Origin: Desulfobacterales bacterium
GTDB lineage: Bacteria > Desulfobacterota > Desulfobacteria > Desulfobacterales > C00003060
Reading direction: 5' to 3'
DNA length: 24,438 nucleotides
Assembly (NCBI GenBank): GCA_030668805.1
Contig: DAOVEU010000001.1
Span: 1-24,438, forward strand
A program made the position numbers and the translations under genes. A model generated the notes under the pieces. The model was not told the DNA's origin. It was given only the letters and a program-made list of their open reading frames with translations, and did not search any database. How positions within the stretch are numbered: the stretch's first letter is position 1; the number at the start of each line of letters is the position of its first letter. Shown one piece after another: positions 1 through 10,099 of this stretch.

Positions 1-225
1 GGCCTCCAAATCTACATTGTGATCATTACGCCAGCGGGCCAATGGATAATCTTCGGCAAGAGGGGTACGATTCATATCAATATGGGTGCGAAGTACCCGC
101 CTTACGCCTGCTAGTGAAGCAGCCCGCACAGTGGCGATTACATCTGACATCCAGAGTTGAGCAGTTTGAACATCATTCGCAGGTGTATTGATGGATAGCT
201 CATTCAGCACCATGTCTAAGTCCAT
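1..225 (-). CDS. Partial (runs off left edge) hypothetical protein; third gene after DUF262 + ATPase/DUF3696, candidate Menshen NsnC-like effector
   Basis: Not in the ORF track. Manual translation from ATG 225 gives MDLDMVLNELSINTPANDVQTAQLWMSDVIATVRAASLAGVRRVLRTHIDMNRTPLAEDYPLARWRNDHNVDLEA, open to base 1. A GGAG RBS overlaps the upstream stop at 235. The NsnC assignment is from context only. Confidence 0.6.
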   Translation of the reverse strand, partial: MDLDMVLNELSINTPANDVQTAQLWMSDVIATVRAASLAGVRRVLRTHIDMNRTPLAEDYPLARWRNDHNVDLEA

Positions 226-234
226 ACAAAACTC

Positions 235-1356
235 CTACCCCTCCTTTGGTTCCAGCAAAGCTTCCAGAGACTTATCCCACACGTCAAAAAACCCGTCCGG
301 CCAGCGGTCAATTCTTCCGTTGCGATCAATTTTAGGTGATATGATAGAAATCTGACTCTGTTCTTCCTGCTCCAGGCGCTCAAAGAAATGGAGTTGCACT
401 TTGTCTGGCTCAATCTTTCCATTATAAACCCCAAGGCGAATACCGTTCAGCACATGATCACTGTGGGTCTCCACCACAACCTGTATTCCGCAACTCGCTG
501 CGAGGGCAACCAGTTCACCTATTTGAACTTGACCCATGGGGTGAAGATGTGCTTCGGGATTCTCAAACAGGAGCAAGGACCCGGGAGGTGAAGAAAGCAA
601 CGCAACGATTACGGGCAGAGTATAAGTTATTCCAAAACCTACATTGGTGCACCTGAATCTATTACTCACTTGCGTTCTGGTTTCAAAGGAATACAGGAGG
701 CTAACAAGATCCATCCCAGGATGTGAATCAATATGAATGCGAGTACCTGGACTTACAAGGCCCATCCACGCTTCGACTTGATCGCGGAGCTTGAGAGATT
801 CAGTACTAGGATGTGCAAGAAGTCTATGGTGTATATCTTCACTGCCAAATACTGAGAGAAAATGCTCTGTATATTCGCCCCGTGTGCCGAGTTGTCTGTG
901 CTGTCGAACGTGGAAATCGGACATTTGGAAGGATGTTCTTGGCCCCGTACGCTCCGCCTCAAGATAGTGAAAATTGTCATTGAAAAGGGAGGATTCAAAT
1001 ATTTCAGAGGATTCTGGGCCAACTGCGATATTCATCACGTCTGCTTTCTGGTCGTAATCAAAACGCCATTGTCCTTGCGTCCCTTCTTCCAAAACCACTT
1101 CAAAACCAATTATTTCCTCTTCTGCGTCTCCACAAAGGGCGTCATGTGCTGTACCAAGACGCACCAGATCCCCATTTAGGGCAAGGCCAGTGGACCGTAA
1201 TAACCCCATCCTAAAAGATTGACGCAACAGAATCAAAGCTTGCAGCAAAGAAGATTTTCCTGTTCCGTTGAGACCTGAAAGCAAAGTAAGCGGCCTCAAC
1301 TCGAACACTTGATCTCTGAAGCATTTGAAATTCTTTAGGTGTACTAACCGTATCAT
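235..1356 (-). CDS. ABC/AAA-type ATPase with C-terminal DUF3696-like domain (Menshen NsnB-like)
   Basis: Walker A GLNGTGKS, Walker B/D-loop FENPEAHLHP, H-loop VETHSDH, C-terminal IDRNGRIDRWPDGFFD typical of DUF3696. ATGA overlap with the DUF262 stop. Confidence 0.88.
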   Translation of the reverse strand: MIRLVHLKNFKCFRDQVFELRPLTLLSGLNGTGKSSLLQALILLRQSFRMGLLRSTGLALNGDLVRLGTAHDALCGDAEEEIIGFEVVLEEGTQGQWRFDYDQKADVMNIAVGPESSEIFESSLFNDNFHYLEAERTGPRTSFQMSDFHVRQHRQLGTRGEYTEHFLSVFGSEDIHHRLLAHPSTESLKLRDQVEAWMGLVSPGTRIHIDSHPGMDLVSLLYSFETRTQVSNRFRCTNVGFGITYTLPVIVALLSSPPGSLLLFENPEAHLHPMGQVQIGELVALAASCGIQVVVETHSDHVLNGIRLGVYNGKIEPDKVQLHFFERLEQEEQSQISIISPKIDRNGRIDRWPDGFFDVWDKSLEALLEPKEG

Positions 1357-2510
1357 GAGAGAACCTCCTTGAGCAGATGTTCGATGGCGGAAAATCTGAG
1401 ATTAACCCTGGCAATACTACCAGTACCCTGAGAGATGGCGCTTTCAAAATCACGGTCGTTCATGAGTTTAATGAATTCGTCAATCAAAGAATCCTTTCTT
1501 TTTTGCAACGTTGCAAGTTGTTTTTCATTTAGGAGATTAAGATTCACAGACCAAGCCTCAAACAATGCCTTGTTGATGGGGTATCTCCAACCATTTCTCT
1601 GATATAACTTGCGGAATGCATATCTTCCAAAAAGATTATATGCTGCGACCATCGAACGCAAGAATTGTCCTTTTAGATTCTCTATTTCGGGTTTAGGCAT
1701 TCTATTAATAGTTGCCATTGCCCTATTCAAAAAACTATCAAAATCCTTGCTCTTGTAATTAGTGTATGGAGAAATCGTGAATGCCATAAAACGAAGGACA
1801 CACTCCTGATCGGCCATTCTTTTGTCACGAATGCCATAATCCGTAGCCTTCTTAAATTCGCTTGAATTGGCTAAAACGGTAACCATTTCTGTCGCGCTGC
1901 CTTGATTGAGCGCATGCCTGATTTCTTGTGGTGATAACGGAAGTCCTCCAGTGTTAATTCTTTTGAAAATATTGAATTTGACCTCAGATGGCGTATCTCG
2001 TTCAATCAAGTAAACGGTAACTTGTGTTTCATTGATCCGTCGTTGAAAAGCTCTGGGCAATTCATCAAAGACCTTTCCTTCAATCTGATCAAGGAACTCT
2101 AAACCAGTGAGTTTGAGTCCTTTTTCGATCACAAATCTTTTGATTGTTGTTAATCTTTGTAGGCCATCTACAATCAACCACCTGTCTTCGTCAGTTGCAT
2201 CCATATAGAACGCTGGAAGCGGAATACGAATCAACATGGATTCGATCAAACGGCTTTGTACCGCATCACTCCATATTCCGGCCTTTCGCTGAAAGCCAGG
2301 CGTTAGATCCAGCTCTCCCTCCCTAATTCGTGCAATTATTAAATCCATAGACATTGGCCTAGTTTCCACCCTAATTAAAGTAGGATCAAATGGTTCTGTA
2401 ATTCTTTCGTCGCCTTCTGTATCCTCTGTCTCGACACCTGTGTGGTCAACGGCGCAAACGACTTCACTTTGATCAAGAAAGCTCCTTTTTGATTGTTCCG
2501 TATCTGTCAT
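1353..2510 (-). CDS. DUF262 (ParB-like/GmrS-type) domain protein (Menshen NsnA-like)
   Basis: DUF262 motifs PGFQRK..W, LIESMLIRIPLP, IVDGLQRLTT, FKRINTGG.PL. RBS AGAGGTG upstream of the ATG. Confidence 0.9.
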   Translation of the reverse strand: MTDTEQSKRSFLDQSEVVCAVDHTGVETEDTEGDERITEPFDPTLIRVETRPMSMDLIIARIREGELDLTPGFQRKAGIWSDAVQSRLIESMLIRIPLPAFYMDATDEDRWLIVDGLQRLTTIKRFVIEKGLKLTGLEFLDQIEGKVFDELPRAFQRRINETQVTVYLIERDTPSEVKFNIFKRINTGGLPLSPQEIRHALNQGSATEMVTVLANSSEFKKATDYGIRDKRMADQECVLRFMAFTISPYTNYKSKDFDSFLNRAMATINRMPKPEIENLKGQFLRSMVAAYNLFGRYAFRKLYQRNGWRYPINKALFEAWSVNLNLLNEKQLATLQKRKDSLIDEFIKLMNDRDFESAISQGTGSIARVNLRFSAIEHLLKEVLS

Positions 2511-2527
2511 TTTTTCACCTCTTTTTT

Positions 2528-5308
2528 CTAACTCTTCCCATTCGTTCTCGTAATTGCCTGATCATACCACATTAAGAGTTTGGGGTCTTCTTGGAGAACC
2601 TTTTCGGGAATTTTGCGAGCTACATCGATGATGATTTGGTAATTACGTTCCTGCCAGGCTTTCTTGAAACCGGCGCGCACGGCTTCGAGGCGGAACACCT
2701 TTAGGCGTTTTTGCTTTGATTCCAGGTATTCGTTGAACTCTCGCAATAGGGCCCGCTCACGCAGCTTTTCCAGGTCACTTGCTTTATTCGGATCAGGTAC
2801 GTACCATCGGTCCTTGGCTTTGGAGCGAAGGGCTGGGTCGTCCTTGGACAAGTTGCGCAGTTCCTTGAAGTTCGAGGACAGGTAGCTGTGGATCTGGCTT
2901 GGCACCTCGCCATTGCCATCGTAACGGAGGAAGTTCTGCTCCAGGAGCTCGGACAGCTCCAGCGCCTTTTCATGCTTCTGCCATCCGCCGATTTCTTTCA
3001 TAAACTGCGGGTGGATGTCCTGGAAGGTCTGCGGCTTCTTGGTGATCTGCTGTTTGAGCCACTGGATGGCCGACGCCTCGTCGGAAACAAAAAGCTGGAG
3101 TTGCAGGACTTCCTTAACGGTCATGCGTTTCTTGTCGTACTCGGCCGCCTGATCGGGTAGGAAATACATGCCGTCGCGTGGGGGGAAGCGTTGTTCCAAT
3201 CCAGCATAGAATTCAGAGGCGGACAAGGGAACCGTCACCCCGCGCTGAATGTGGAAAGCTACCATCCGGTCGAAGAGCAGGAAGTTCTGGCGTTCGGCGA
3301 TGACCTCGGCCTGGCCGTTCTTGGAGACGAATACCGGTAGCTGCTTCAAGTGCGTGCGGACGAAATCCCAGACGCCGCCTTCGGTTCCAGCTTCAATCTT
3401 GAAGCGTTCTTCAAGGCCATCGTTAGGTTTGTAGGCAGTAATAACCAAATCTTGCTTTACTGTATTTGCCAAAGTAAGTTGCTTCGTAGTTCCTTTTTTC
3501 TTGTCGAGAGTTCTAACATCAGCAACGATGAACCCGACCTCATTAATTGCTGTCTGAATAGCCGTCCAAATGGCATTTTGGGAATTATGAAATTCCACTG
3601 TCATCCATCTGCCCGGCTTTAGCATACGATAAACAGATCGCAACGAGTCTCTAATTCGATTTGCATACGCATCAACTGTAATCTCTCTGGTTTTGTTTAC
3701 TACCGCTTCTTCCTTATTTGAAGTGACAACTTTAAGCCAACTCTCAACAACAAAGCTCAACTCTGTGTACTGAAGATTCGCACCGAATGGAGGATCAACA
3801 AAGACGTAGTCCACAGAACTTGGTTGCCCGGAAAGACACTCTAAGCTACTCGCAGACTGAGTTGAAATAATGCTCTTTGTCATAGGTATCTTTGAAAGAT
3901 TTCTCAGCGCTGATATTCCTTTTCCGTTGATGTATTCAATGGGATTAATCTCAAGAGAAAAATACGGGACATAAAGAGTACCTGAAAGTGGTCCGACTAC
4001 CTCCCTCGACCTATTTCCCCGGTGCTGAGGCATATACCTATTCTGCCACGAGCATCTTTGAAGGATGCTTGTCAGCAATCCAAGGAGAGCAGGCTTCTCC
4101 GATCTTAGTTGTTTTGCTGCTGCAGCCAATACATGAAGCGTTCTTGCCGAAAAGAAGTGATGAACATGTGTTAATCCAGCCTCGTCATTACGCCTCGACT
4201 CATCCCCTTCTGGCATTCTACCTGTCGGGCACCAATGCTTGACTGGCCTACCTTCAGCTTTCTTGATGTTCAACAAATCTTCATTATCCGGACATTTCTC
4301 GAAACGCTTGCCTTGAAAATGATAAGACACAAGAACTGGTATACGTTTCACTCTCCGCAATGTTGTACCAAGCAAAGAATCATGAACTGTTTCGTACATT
4401 TTGTCGACAAGCTGGGCTCCGTATTTCTTTGCGTATTTGCGCTCATAGGCAAGATTTGAATCACAAGACGGACATTTGAATGATTTTGCACTAGTATTCT
4501 CATGAAGGTTGACGCACAGATCCCAAAGACTTGCTATGTGGCTGCATTGAGGACACGAGACAACAATAGACCATACTACATAACGTATCTGTCCGACCTG
4601 CGTGCTAATCTGTTTTCGCGTCTTCCAGCTCGCTGGAGCTTCAAGAGATGCGGGCCATCCAGTGTGTTTGGTGTAGTACCAATCTCCGAAGGAGTCGCGA
4701 AGTTCATCTACTAAAGATTCGAGAACGCGAGAGTCATTATTGCTGGGGCGAAAAAGGTTGTGGAAATAGGAAATAAAGCCCGCACTTGTACACAGATCAA
4801 CCAATAGTGTTGCAGCCGTGTTTTGTGAAGCAAGCGATGAACCAATGGCTGTCATGCCGCTTCCAGAGAAACAATCAAGTATCAGGCTACCCTCCGAAGT
4901 GTAATGCGACACATACTTTGCGATAGCCGAGGGCGGCACTTTAGTGTGATAAGTATGTATATAATAGCTTCTGTCTCCTTTTCCCTCACTCACATCTACC
5001 GCGAAGGGTTCCCGTCGATAGTCATCTGATACCGGGTCATACGGCTTTCCATACTGCTTAATAAAATCCTCAATGAAAGGATTCGGACAGGCCGTGTAAT
5101 ACGGCGGATCGGACAGCGCCAGGATGTCCTCGTCCTCGCCGATGGGGAAGCCCTCGATCTTGCGGAACTCCGGGTCCTTAAGCTTCTCACGCAGTTTCTC
5201 CAGGAAGTACTCCCGGCGTTTCTCGTCGTTCTCAAAGGTCATACCGAGGCATTCGACCGGTCCCTTGTCAGTTTTTTGCTGGTCTGTGAATAATGAATTC
5301 TGTTTCAT
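2528..5308 (-). CDS. pglXI: BREX type 3 amino-methyltransferase, PglXI-like
   Basis: Motif I DCFSGSGMT, motif IV VFVDPPF, and two CxxC (CPQC, CPSC) between them. N-terminus (GPVECLG.TFENDE.RR.YF...GFP.G.DEDILALSDPPYYTACPNP) and C-terminus (LREFxEY...RLEAVRAGF...LQEDPKLLMWYDQA) resemble BREX-3 MTases. Co-oriented with brxF/brxC. Confidence 0.85.
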   Translation of the reverse strand: MKQNSLFTDQQKTDKGPVECLGMTFENDEKRREYFLEKLREKLKDPEFRKIEGFPIGEDEDILALSDPPYYTACPNPFIEDFIKQYGKPYDPVSDDYRREPFAVDVSEGKGDRSYYIHTYHTKVPPSAIAKYVSHYTSEGSLILDCFSGSGMTAIGSSLASQNTAATLLVDLCTSAGFISYFHNLFRPSNNDSRVLESLVDELRDSFGDWYYTKHTGWPASLEAPASWKTRKQISTQVGQIRYVVWSIVVSCPQCSHIASLWDLCVNLHENTSAKSFKCPSCDSNLAYERKYAKKYGAQLVDKMYETVHDSLLGTTLRRVKRIPVLVSYHFQGKRFEKCPDNEDLLNIKKAEGRPVKHWCPTGRMPEGDESRRNDEAGLTHVHHFFSARTLHVLAAAAKQLRSEKPALLGLLTSILQRCSWQNRYMPQHRGNRSREVVGPLSGTLYVPYFSLEINPIEYINGKGISALRNLSKIPMTKSIISTQSASSLECLSGQPSSVDYVFVDPPFGANLQYTELSFVVESWLKVVTSNKEEAVVNKTREITVDAYANRIRDSLRSVYRMLKPGRWMTVEFHNSQNAIWTAIQTAINEVGFIVADVRTLDKKKGTTKQLTLANTVKQDLVITAYKPNDGLEERFKIEAGTEGGVWDFVRTHLKQLPVFVSKNGQAEVIAERQNFLLFDRMVAFHIQRGVTVPLSASEFYAGLEQRFPPRDGMYFLPDQAAEYDKKRMTVKEVLQLQLFVSDEASAIQWLKQQITKKPQTFQDIHPQFMKEIGGWQKHEKALELSELLEQNFLRYDGNGEVPSQIHSYLSSNFKELRNLSKDDPALRSKAKDRWYVPDPNKASDLEKLRERALLREFNEYLESKQKRLKVFRLEAVRAGFKKAWQERNYQIIIDVARKIPEKVLQEDPKLLMWYDQAITRTNGKS

Positions 5309-5312
5309 ATCA

Positions 5313-8300
5313 TCAAATTTCTACTCGCATCCACGGCCATGCTTGGTTATCCAACACTTTGGTTGCAAGGAAATTCTCAGCCATTGCCTTCTCATTTTGT
5401 TTGATGGAATTACGTAGCGTATCTGTGTTGTTATTAAGAAAATTAAGGCGACGATGAGTAGCATCACGGAAAAGCGCGGTTGACCGGAATTCATCCTGCC
5501 AAGTCCAAAACCGTCGGTCTGCGCATTTCAATAATAATCGAAACGCCGCCCAAGCATGGATATCATTTTCAACGATCAAAAATCGTTCAAACCAATATTT
5601 GGCCCAAGTATCGGTCTGCCAGTATGAGTAAGCCTTATCTGCAACTCGATCGAACCAGGTTTCCGCTTGGGGTTTGGTTTGCCGTGCCAACCATTCGCCC
5701 GTATTTTTGGCCGCCAGAAGTCCTCGAGTGATCAACGCACGAGACTGTTTAAACATCACTGCGGATTCCAAATCCTGTTCCACCCTGGATTCTAGCCACT
5801 TAAGCCCATTGCCTGCCTGGGCAACTATTACCAATTCCAAAAGATCTTGGTCTGTTTTGCATTGTTGTAAACATTGATCCCATGCGTGTATTACCTCTGG
5901 GACATCACGGGCGTTAAACAGTGCGTAGCGCAACACTGGAATACCTGTTCCCCTGACCACAAAATTAATCGCCGGATGCACCTCGCTCAGACGATGATAA
6001 AGATTCAGTCCTTTTGGTGGATCTATAGAAAGCAGCACCTGGCATAAAGATTCATAGAAACTGCGGCCTTTAATAAGGCGTTGTTTCGAAGATAGGTCAT
6101 CGTCAGTAATACCCGCCAGCCAGATATCGACGAGATCGGGGCGATATCGCACCACTATGTCAAGGGTGTGGATGCTGAAACATGTCGAAAACCAGATATT
6201 ACCAGCTTTGGTTTGTTGTTCGATCGTTTCCCGGATAATTTCTCCTAGGGTTTCCAACTGCTCATCACTTACGGGTTTAAATACATCTGCCAACGATTTC
6301 TGAGGACTGCCTCCAGGCATTCCGCCCCAAAAGGCATCACGGCTGATAAACTTGACCGATCTGGAAAACAGCGTGTCAGATAACCCGATCATATCAATGG
6401 GAATATCACGCGCAGTCAAATCGCATCTCACCTCCGCAGCAGGAAAGTCGGAAGGGATATCCGGCGTTGTTTCGACCAGTGTCTCCCATATACGCTGGAT
6501 GTCTTCAGAATATTGGTTGACTTCATCTTCGTTTCCGTTCCTTTGTGCCACGGCAAATCCTAAATACGAGGGATGCACCCGACAACGCAATTCGGTATAC
6601 GGCAAATTGCTACTGTATCTGGCCAACAGCAAGTTGCCCCAGTGGTTTTCCAGCTTGTGATGATCCGGCTCGCAGGCCCATTGGCCTTGGATGAACTCTC
6701 TGATATCCTTTTCGTTTCCCTGCTTATATAAAAGCTGCAGGACAAGGCTCCGGACAAGACCGTCTTTATGTCCCATTAATGAAACCACTTTGGACGTGAC
6801 GAATTCAGGGATATCCTGAGGATTTACGGACAGAAACCATAGAATGCGGCGAATATCGCAAGCGTCCCCCTCTGCCAATCTTTTATTGACGTCCTGCCAG
6901 TCTCCAGGGGCCTTGAAGAAATGCTCAAATGAAATAAGGTCTGCCGCAGCCGGTGGCCTTATGAGAAGATATGTCAGTTGCTGCTCTGAATCTGCATCCT
7001 GTAAAACTATGTGAAAAAGAAATTTCTCGGTCAGATGTTCATCTTTGCTACCTGTTTCAAGTTGCTCTACTATGCGGCGCCACGCTGCTTGTAGGCATTT
7101 TTTCGCTTCATCGTCCAATATCAGCTCGTGTTTGGTTATCTGTAAGGCCAATTGTCGGAGGGCTATTCCCCTTCGGCTATCAACCGTTTTGGCAATTGAA
7201 CGATAAATTTTCGCAGCAGCATCAGGCGCATATGCACACAACGCAGGTTCAATCTCTTTGAGAAAATCATCTTCTGCGGTCTGATAGATACCCGACCATA
7301 TCTTTTCCACTGGAATTTGATCAGCTAAGGGTGCAAGGATGGCGCCCAGATTAGGGGCAACGGGGAGTTTTGGATCACGGCAAAACGATTGAATTTTACG
7401 TGCAATCCAGGACGGAGCCATATTTTTCCGTTTGAGACAAAGCTCCAATTCTGTCCGGCTCCAAGTAAACACTGAGTTGCAGGGATCTTTTTGATGCATT
7501 TCCAACAACGGGTGGGGTGGAAATAGATTTTCCGGAAGTTTCTTCTGCATTTGGGCTGCATGCTCACTGCCTTCAAAGGAAAGAAGACGGTATGCTGCTT
7601 GTTTGCTTGCAATATGGTCGTGATCCAGTAGAGTCTTGGCGTGCCCTTCGATTTCCGGCCAAAGTGGTTCCGGCGACGAATGTACTACCCAGCCGAACAG
7701 CTCGTACTTGTCAGGAAAATCCATAATCGCCTCGGCTAAACACCCGATAGCAATGGCCCGGAGATAGGGTTTACGCGGAAGATGTGAAATGACAGCAAGT
7801 GCCGCCCGGCCGAGCCGCAACAGACCGTCGTCCATAATAACCGTCAGCCGATAACCGGCAAATTCCATTGGCCCTGGTAAAAGTTCCTGTTCTGCTCGCT
7901 CGGCAATCTTTCTTCTTACCTTCTCAACTTCCTCAGGCTTGTTTTCACGACGCTGGAACGGATGCCCATCAGGATGAATAAGTCCCAGCCAACGCTCAAA
8001 TATCTCGGGAAGTATAGATTGCACAGATGGAGAATTTCTCCAGTGCAGTAAGGATCGCATGAGCAGATCCTGGCCCCATGGATTGTCGTGAATATCAGAC
8101 CATATGACTTCCGCCAATTTTAAATAGGCAACGGGATGGATAGGCAGATAGGCGCTAAAATTTTCATCAGCTTTTTCTTGCAGGTTCTTGCTCTCAAGCC
8201 AAGCCTGCAGTAAGGCCACTTGACAAGGTTCAGGGAAATTATTCTTAAGTGATAGGGCGTGGAGTGCCGCTGATTCTAATATCGCAGCCTTGATATCCAT

Positions 8301-10013
8301 CTCCTGATGAGGTTCCAACCAATTGGCAATGGTTTCATCAAGGCTGGGACCATGATCCAAAACCGCCTGCTCGACTTGGTCCGCTAGCAGAAGACCAAAA
8401 CCTAGGATCAGGCGACGTTTGTCCACCCGGTAAGAACCGGGTTGACCATGCAAGATACCGCCACTCACTAAATCATCGAGCACAGCTTGTCTGTCATTGA
8501 TGAGCGGCAATTGATTAGCGACATCCCTTTCAGAGATTTGATTGCCGCCTTGGCATGCTTTGTCAGCAAATCCTTTTATTATGCCCTGAAATGCCTGATC
8601 ATCAATGGGAAGATTGGTTTTTCGTGACCAGCGATCACGCCAGTCCTCATATATAAGCCTGGCTACTGTAGGATCGCCGCTCTCGGCCATTCGTTGTCTA
8701 TGTTTTACAACCAGGTCAAGATAGCGTGGTTTGCAAATCAACGGCAGCACGCTATCAGCGATATCCGACCGGGCCAAGTGATGTCGCCGAAGAGCGATGT
8801 CCAACTCAGTATCGTCATACGGTGGGAGCGTGGTGGAGCGCACGTTGAGGTGCCGAAGTATCGAAAAGTAGCGTTTCCAATAACCCGTACGGACCGTAAT
8901 TAAAACGGCTATTTGCTCCAGCCAGGGCGAATTCATAAGCCCTTCAATGAGTTCCCGCCACCATTGAGGAGTGCGGCGTTCATTGATGCCGTCCAGTACC
9001 AGAAGAGCAACTGGTGAATCTCCAACAGGGCGTTGCGCCCATCGCTCTAAACGCTTTTCCCAATATGTATGATGCTGTTTGCCTATCTGTCGAGCAATGG
9101 CTTCAGATAACAGAGATGCCGGCCCATTTGATCTTGGATGAGAAGAGGAAAGAAAAATTACAGGCGGAAAATTTTCAGTGTTCTGTATTTGCCAATTAAG
9201 CCATGACGCAACAGCCCATGTTTTGCCATCCCCTTCATCCCCCAAAAGCACAAAGTGGGATTGTGTCTTTGACCAGGAAGATAACCAGTCGTCCAATTCC
9301 TGCCACGCTGTGCTGCGTTTGACCAAGTCGACTTCTTTTGAGGCGACATGAAGTACCTGTCCAAAGGCGCTTCGGCTCGCATTTTCTGTGCAGAAACGTT
9401 GCCTTAACCACTGATTCTGTTCAGCACGCCAATGCTCATAGCCTATATTTGCGGCTGTAAAACTGTTTTTAAGCCGTTCTATGACGGTCGTAAAATTTGA
9501 GTTCTTTGCGATATTCTCCAATTCAATCTGGACCCGCTGTCTCTCTGGCTCAGACGAGATGGAAGCGAGGTGGTCCATAACTATCTGCGCACCATAAGCA
9601 CAGAGGCATTCCAAAGAACTAGGTGAACCATCTCCGGCTGAGATGGCGCGAAATTCTACACCTAGTTGGACCGCCTGTTTATCAAGTAACGTCAATAGTT
9701 GATCAGGAATATCCCTGCTGGCAATCAATACCCAGAGATCTAAATCAGGTATGTCAATGTGGGCTTGCACCAATTCGGCCAATAATTCCCGTTCGTTAAG
9801 TTCAGTTTCTTTGCCATAACGCTTACACTCCACCGCAATGATACTTCCTCCATGGCGGTCAGAACTCATGTCACGACCGGATTGGCTGCCGGAGCGAGCA
9901 AGATGAAAAGATCTACCAGTCAGGTTTTCCAACAGACCGGCAATCAAACCTTCAAAGCCGCCCTTTCCAGAGTGATAAATTCTACGCAACTCTTCAATAA
10001 GACTATGATTCAT
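5313..10013 (-). CDS. Large PD-(D/E)xK (Mrr-like) endonuclease - STAND/NACHT-like NTPase - helical-repeat protein (Avs/NLR-like antiviral protein)
   Basis: N-terminal GFEGL...SGRD...AVECKRY nuclease signature, Walker A GDEGDGKT, Walker B LLVLDGINE, sensor ITVR, LPPYDDTE and CKPRYL NACHT-like motifs, then about 1000 aa of predicted helical sequence. Confidence 0.8.
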   Translation of the reverse strand: MNHSLIEELRRIYHSGKGGFEGLIAGLLENLTGRSFHLARSGSQSGRDMSSDRHGGSIIAVECKRYGKETELNERELLAELVQAHIDIPDLDLWVLIASRDIPDQLLTLLDKQAVQLGVEFRAISAGDGSPSSLECLCAYGAQIVMDHLASISSEPERQRVQIELENIAKNSNFTTVIERLKNSFTAANIGYEHWRAEQNQWLRQRFCTENASRSAFGQVLHVASKEVDLVKRSTAWQELDDWLSSWSKTQSHFVLLGDEGDGKTWAVASWLNWQIQNTENFPPVIFLSSSHPRSNGPASLLSEAIARQIGKQHHTYWEKRLERWAQRPVGDSPVALLVLDGINERRTPQWWRELIEGLMNSPWLEQIAVLITVRTGYWKRYFSILRHLNVRSTTLPPYDDTELDIALRRHHLARSDIADSVLPLICKPRYLDLVVKHRQRMAESGDPTVARLIYEDWRDRWSRKTNLPIDDQAFQGIIKGFADKACQGGNQISERDVANQLPLINDRQAVLDDLVSGGILHGQPGSYRVDKRRLILGFGLLLADQVEQAVLDHGPSLDETIANWLEPHQEMDIKAAILESAALHALSLKNNFPEPCQVALLQAWLESKNLQEKADENFSAYLPIHPVAYLKLAEVIWSDIHDNPWGQDLLMRSLLHWRNSPSVQSILPEIFERWLGLIHPDGHPFQRRENKPEEVEKVRRKIAERAEQELLPGPMEFAGYRLTVIMDDGLLRLGRAALAVISHLPRKPYLRAIAIGCLAEAIMDFPDKYELFGWVVHSSPEPLWPEIEGHAKTLLDHDHIASKQAAYRLLSFEGSEHAAQMQKKLPENLFPPHPLLEMHQKDPCNSVFTWSRTELELCLKRKNMAPSWIARKIQSFCRDPKLPVAPNLGAILAPLADQIPVEKIWSGIYQTAEDDFLKEIEPALCAYAPDAAAKIYRSIAKTVDSRRGIALRQLALQITKHELILDDEAKKCLQAAWRRIVEQLETGSKDEHLTEKFLFHIVLQDADSEQQLTYLLIRPPAAADLISFEHFFKAPGDWQDVNKRLAEGDACDIRRILWFLSVNPQDIPEFVTSKVVSLMGHKDGLVRSLVLQLLYKQGNEKDIREFIQGQWACEPDHHKLENHWGNLLLARYSSNLPYTELRCRVHPSYLGFAVAQRNGNEDEVNQYSEDIQRIWETLVETTPDIPSDFPAAEVRCDLTARDIPIDMIGLSDTLFSRSVKFISRDAFWGGMPGGSPQKSLADVFKPVSDEQLETLGEIIRETIEQQTKAGNIWFSTCFSIHTLDIVVRYRPDLVDIWLAGITDDDLSSKQRLIKGRSFYESLCQVLLSIDPPKGLNLYHRLSEVHPAINFVVRGTGIPVLRYALFNARDVPEVIHAWDQCLQQCKTDQDLLELVIVAQAGNGLKWLESRVEQDLESAVMFKQSRALITRGLLAAKNTGEWLARQTKPQAETWFDRVADKAYSYWQTDTWAKYWFERFLIVENDIHAWAAFRLLLKCADRRFWTWQDEFRSTALFRDATHRRLNFLNNNTDTLRNSIKQNEKAMAENFLATKVLDNQAWPWMRVEI

Positions 10014-10099
10014 TGGCTGTGCGAGATAAAGCGTTATTAGACCGAATTCTAAGCCTCAAACAAATCGCCTTTTCGACGCGTAAGAGTATTTGTGCAAAT

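Noticed and set aside
2664-3622. Several plus-strand and alternate-frame ORFs within pglXI (also 4996-5417)
   Set aside because: Shadow frames produced by the GC-rich segments of pglXI; no RBS or motifs.
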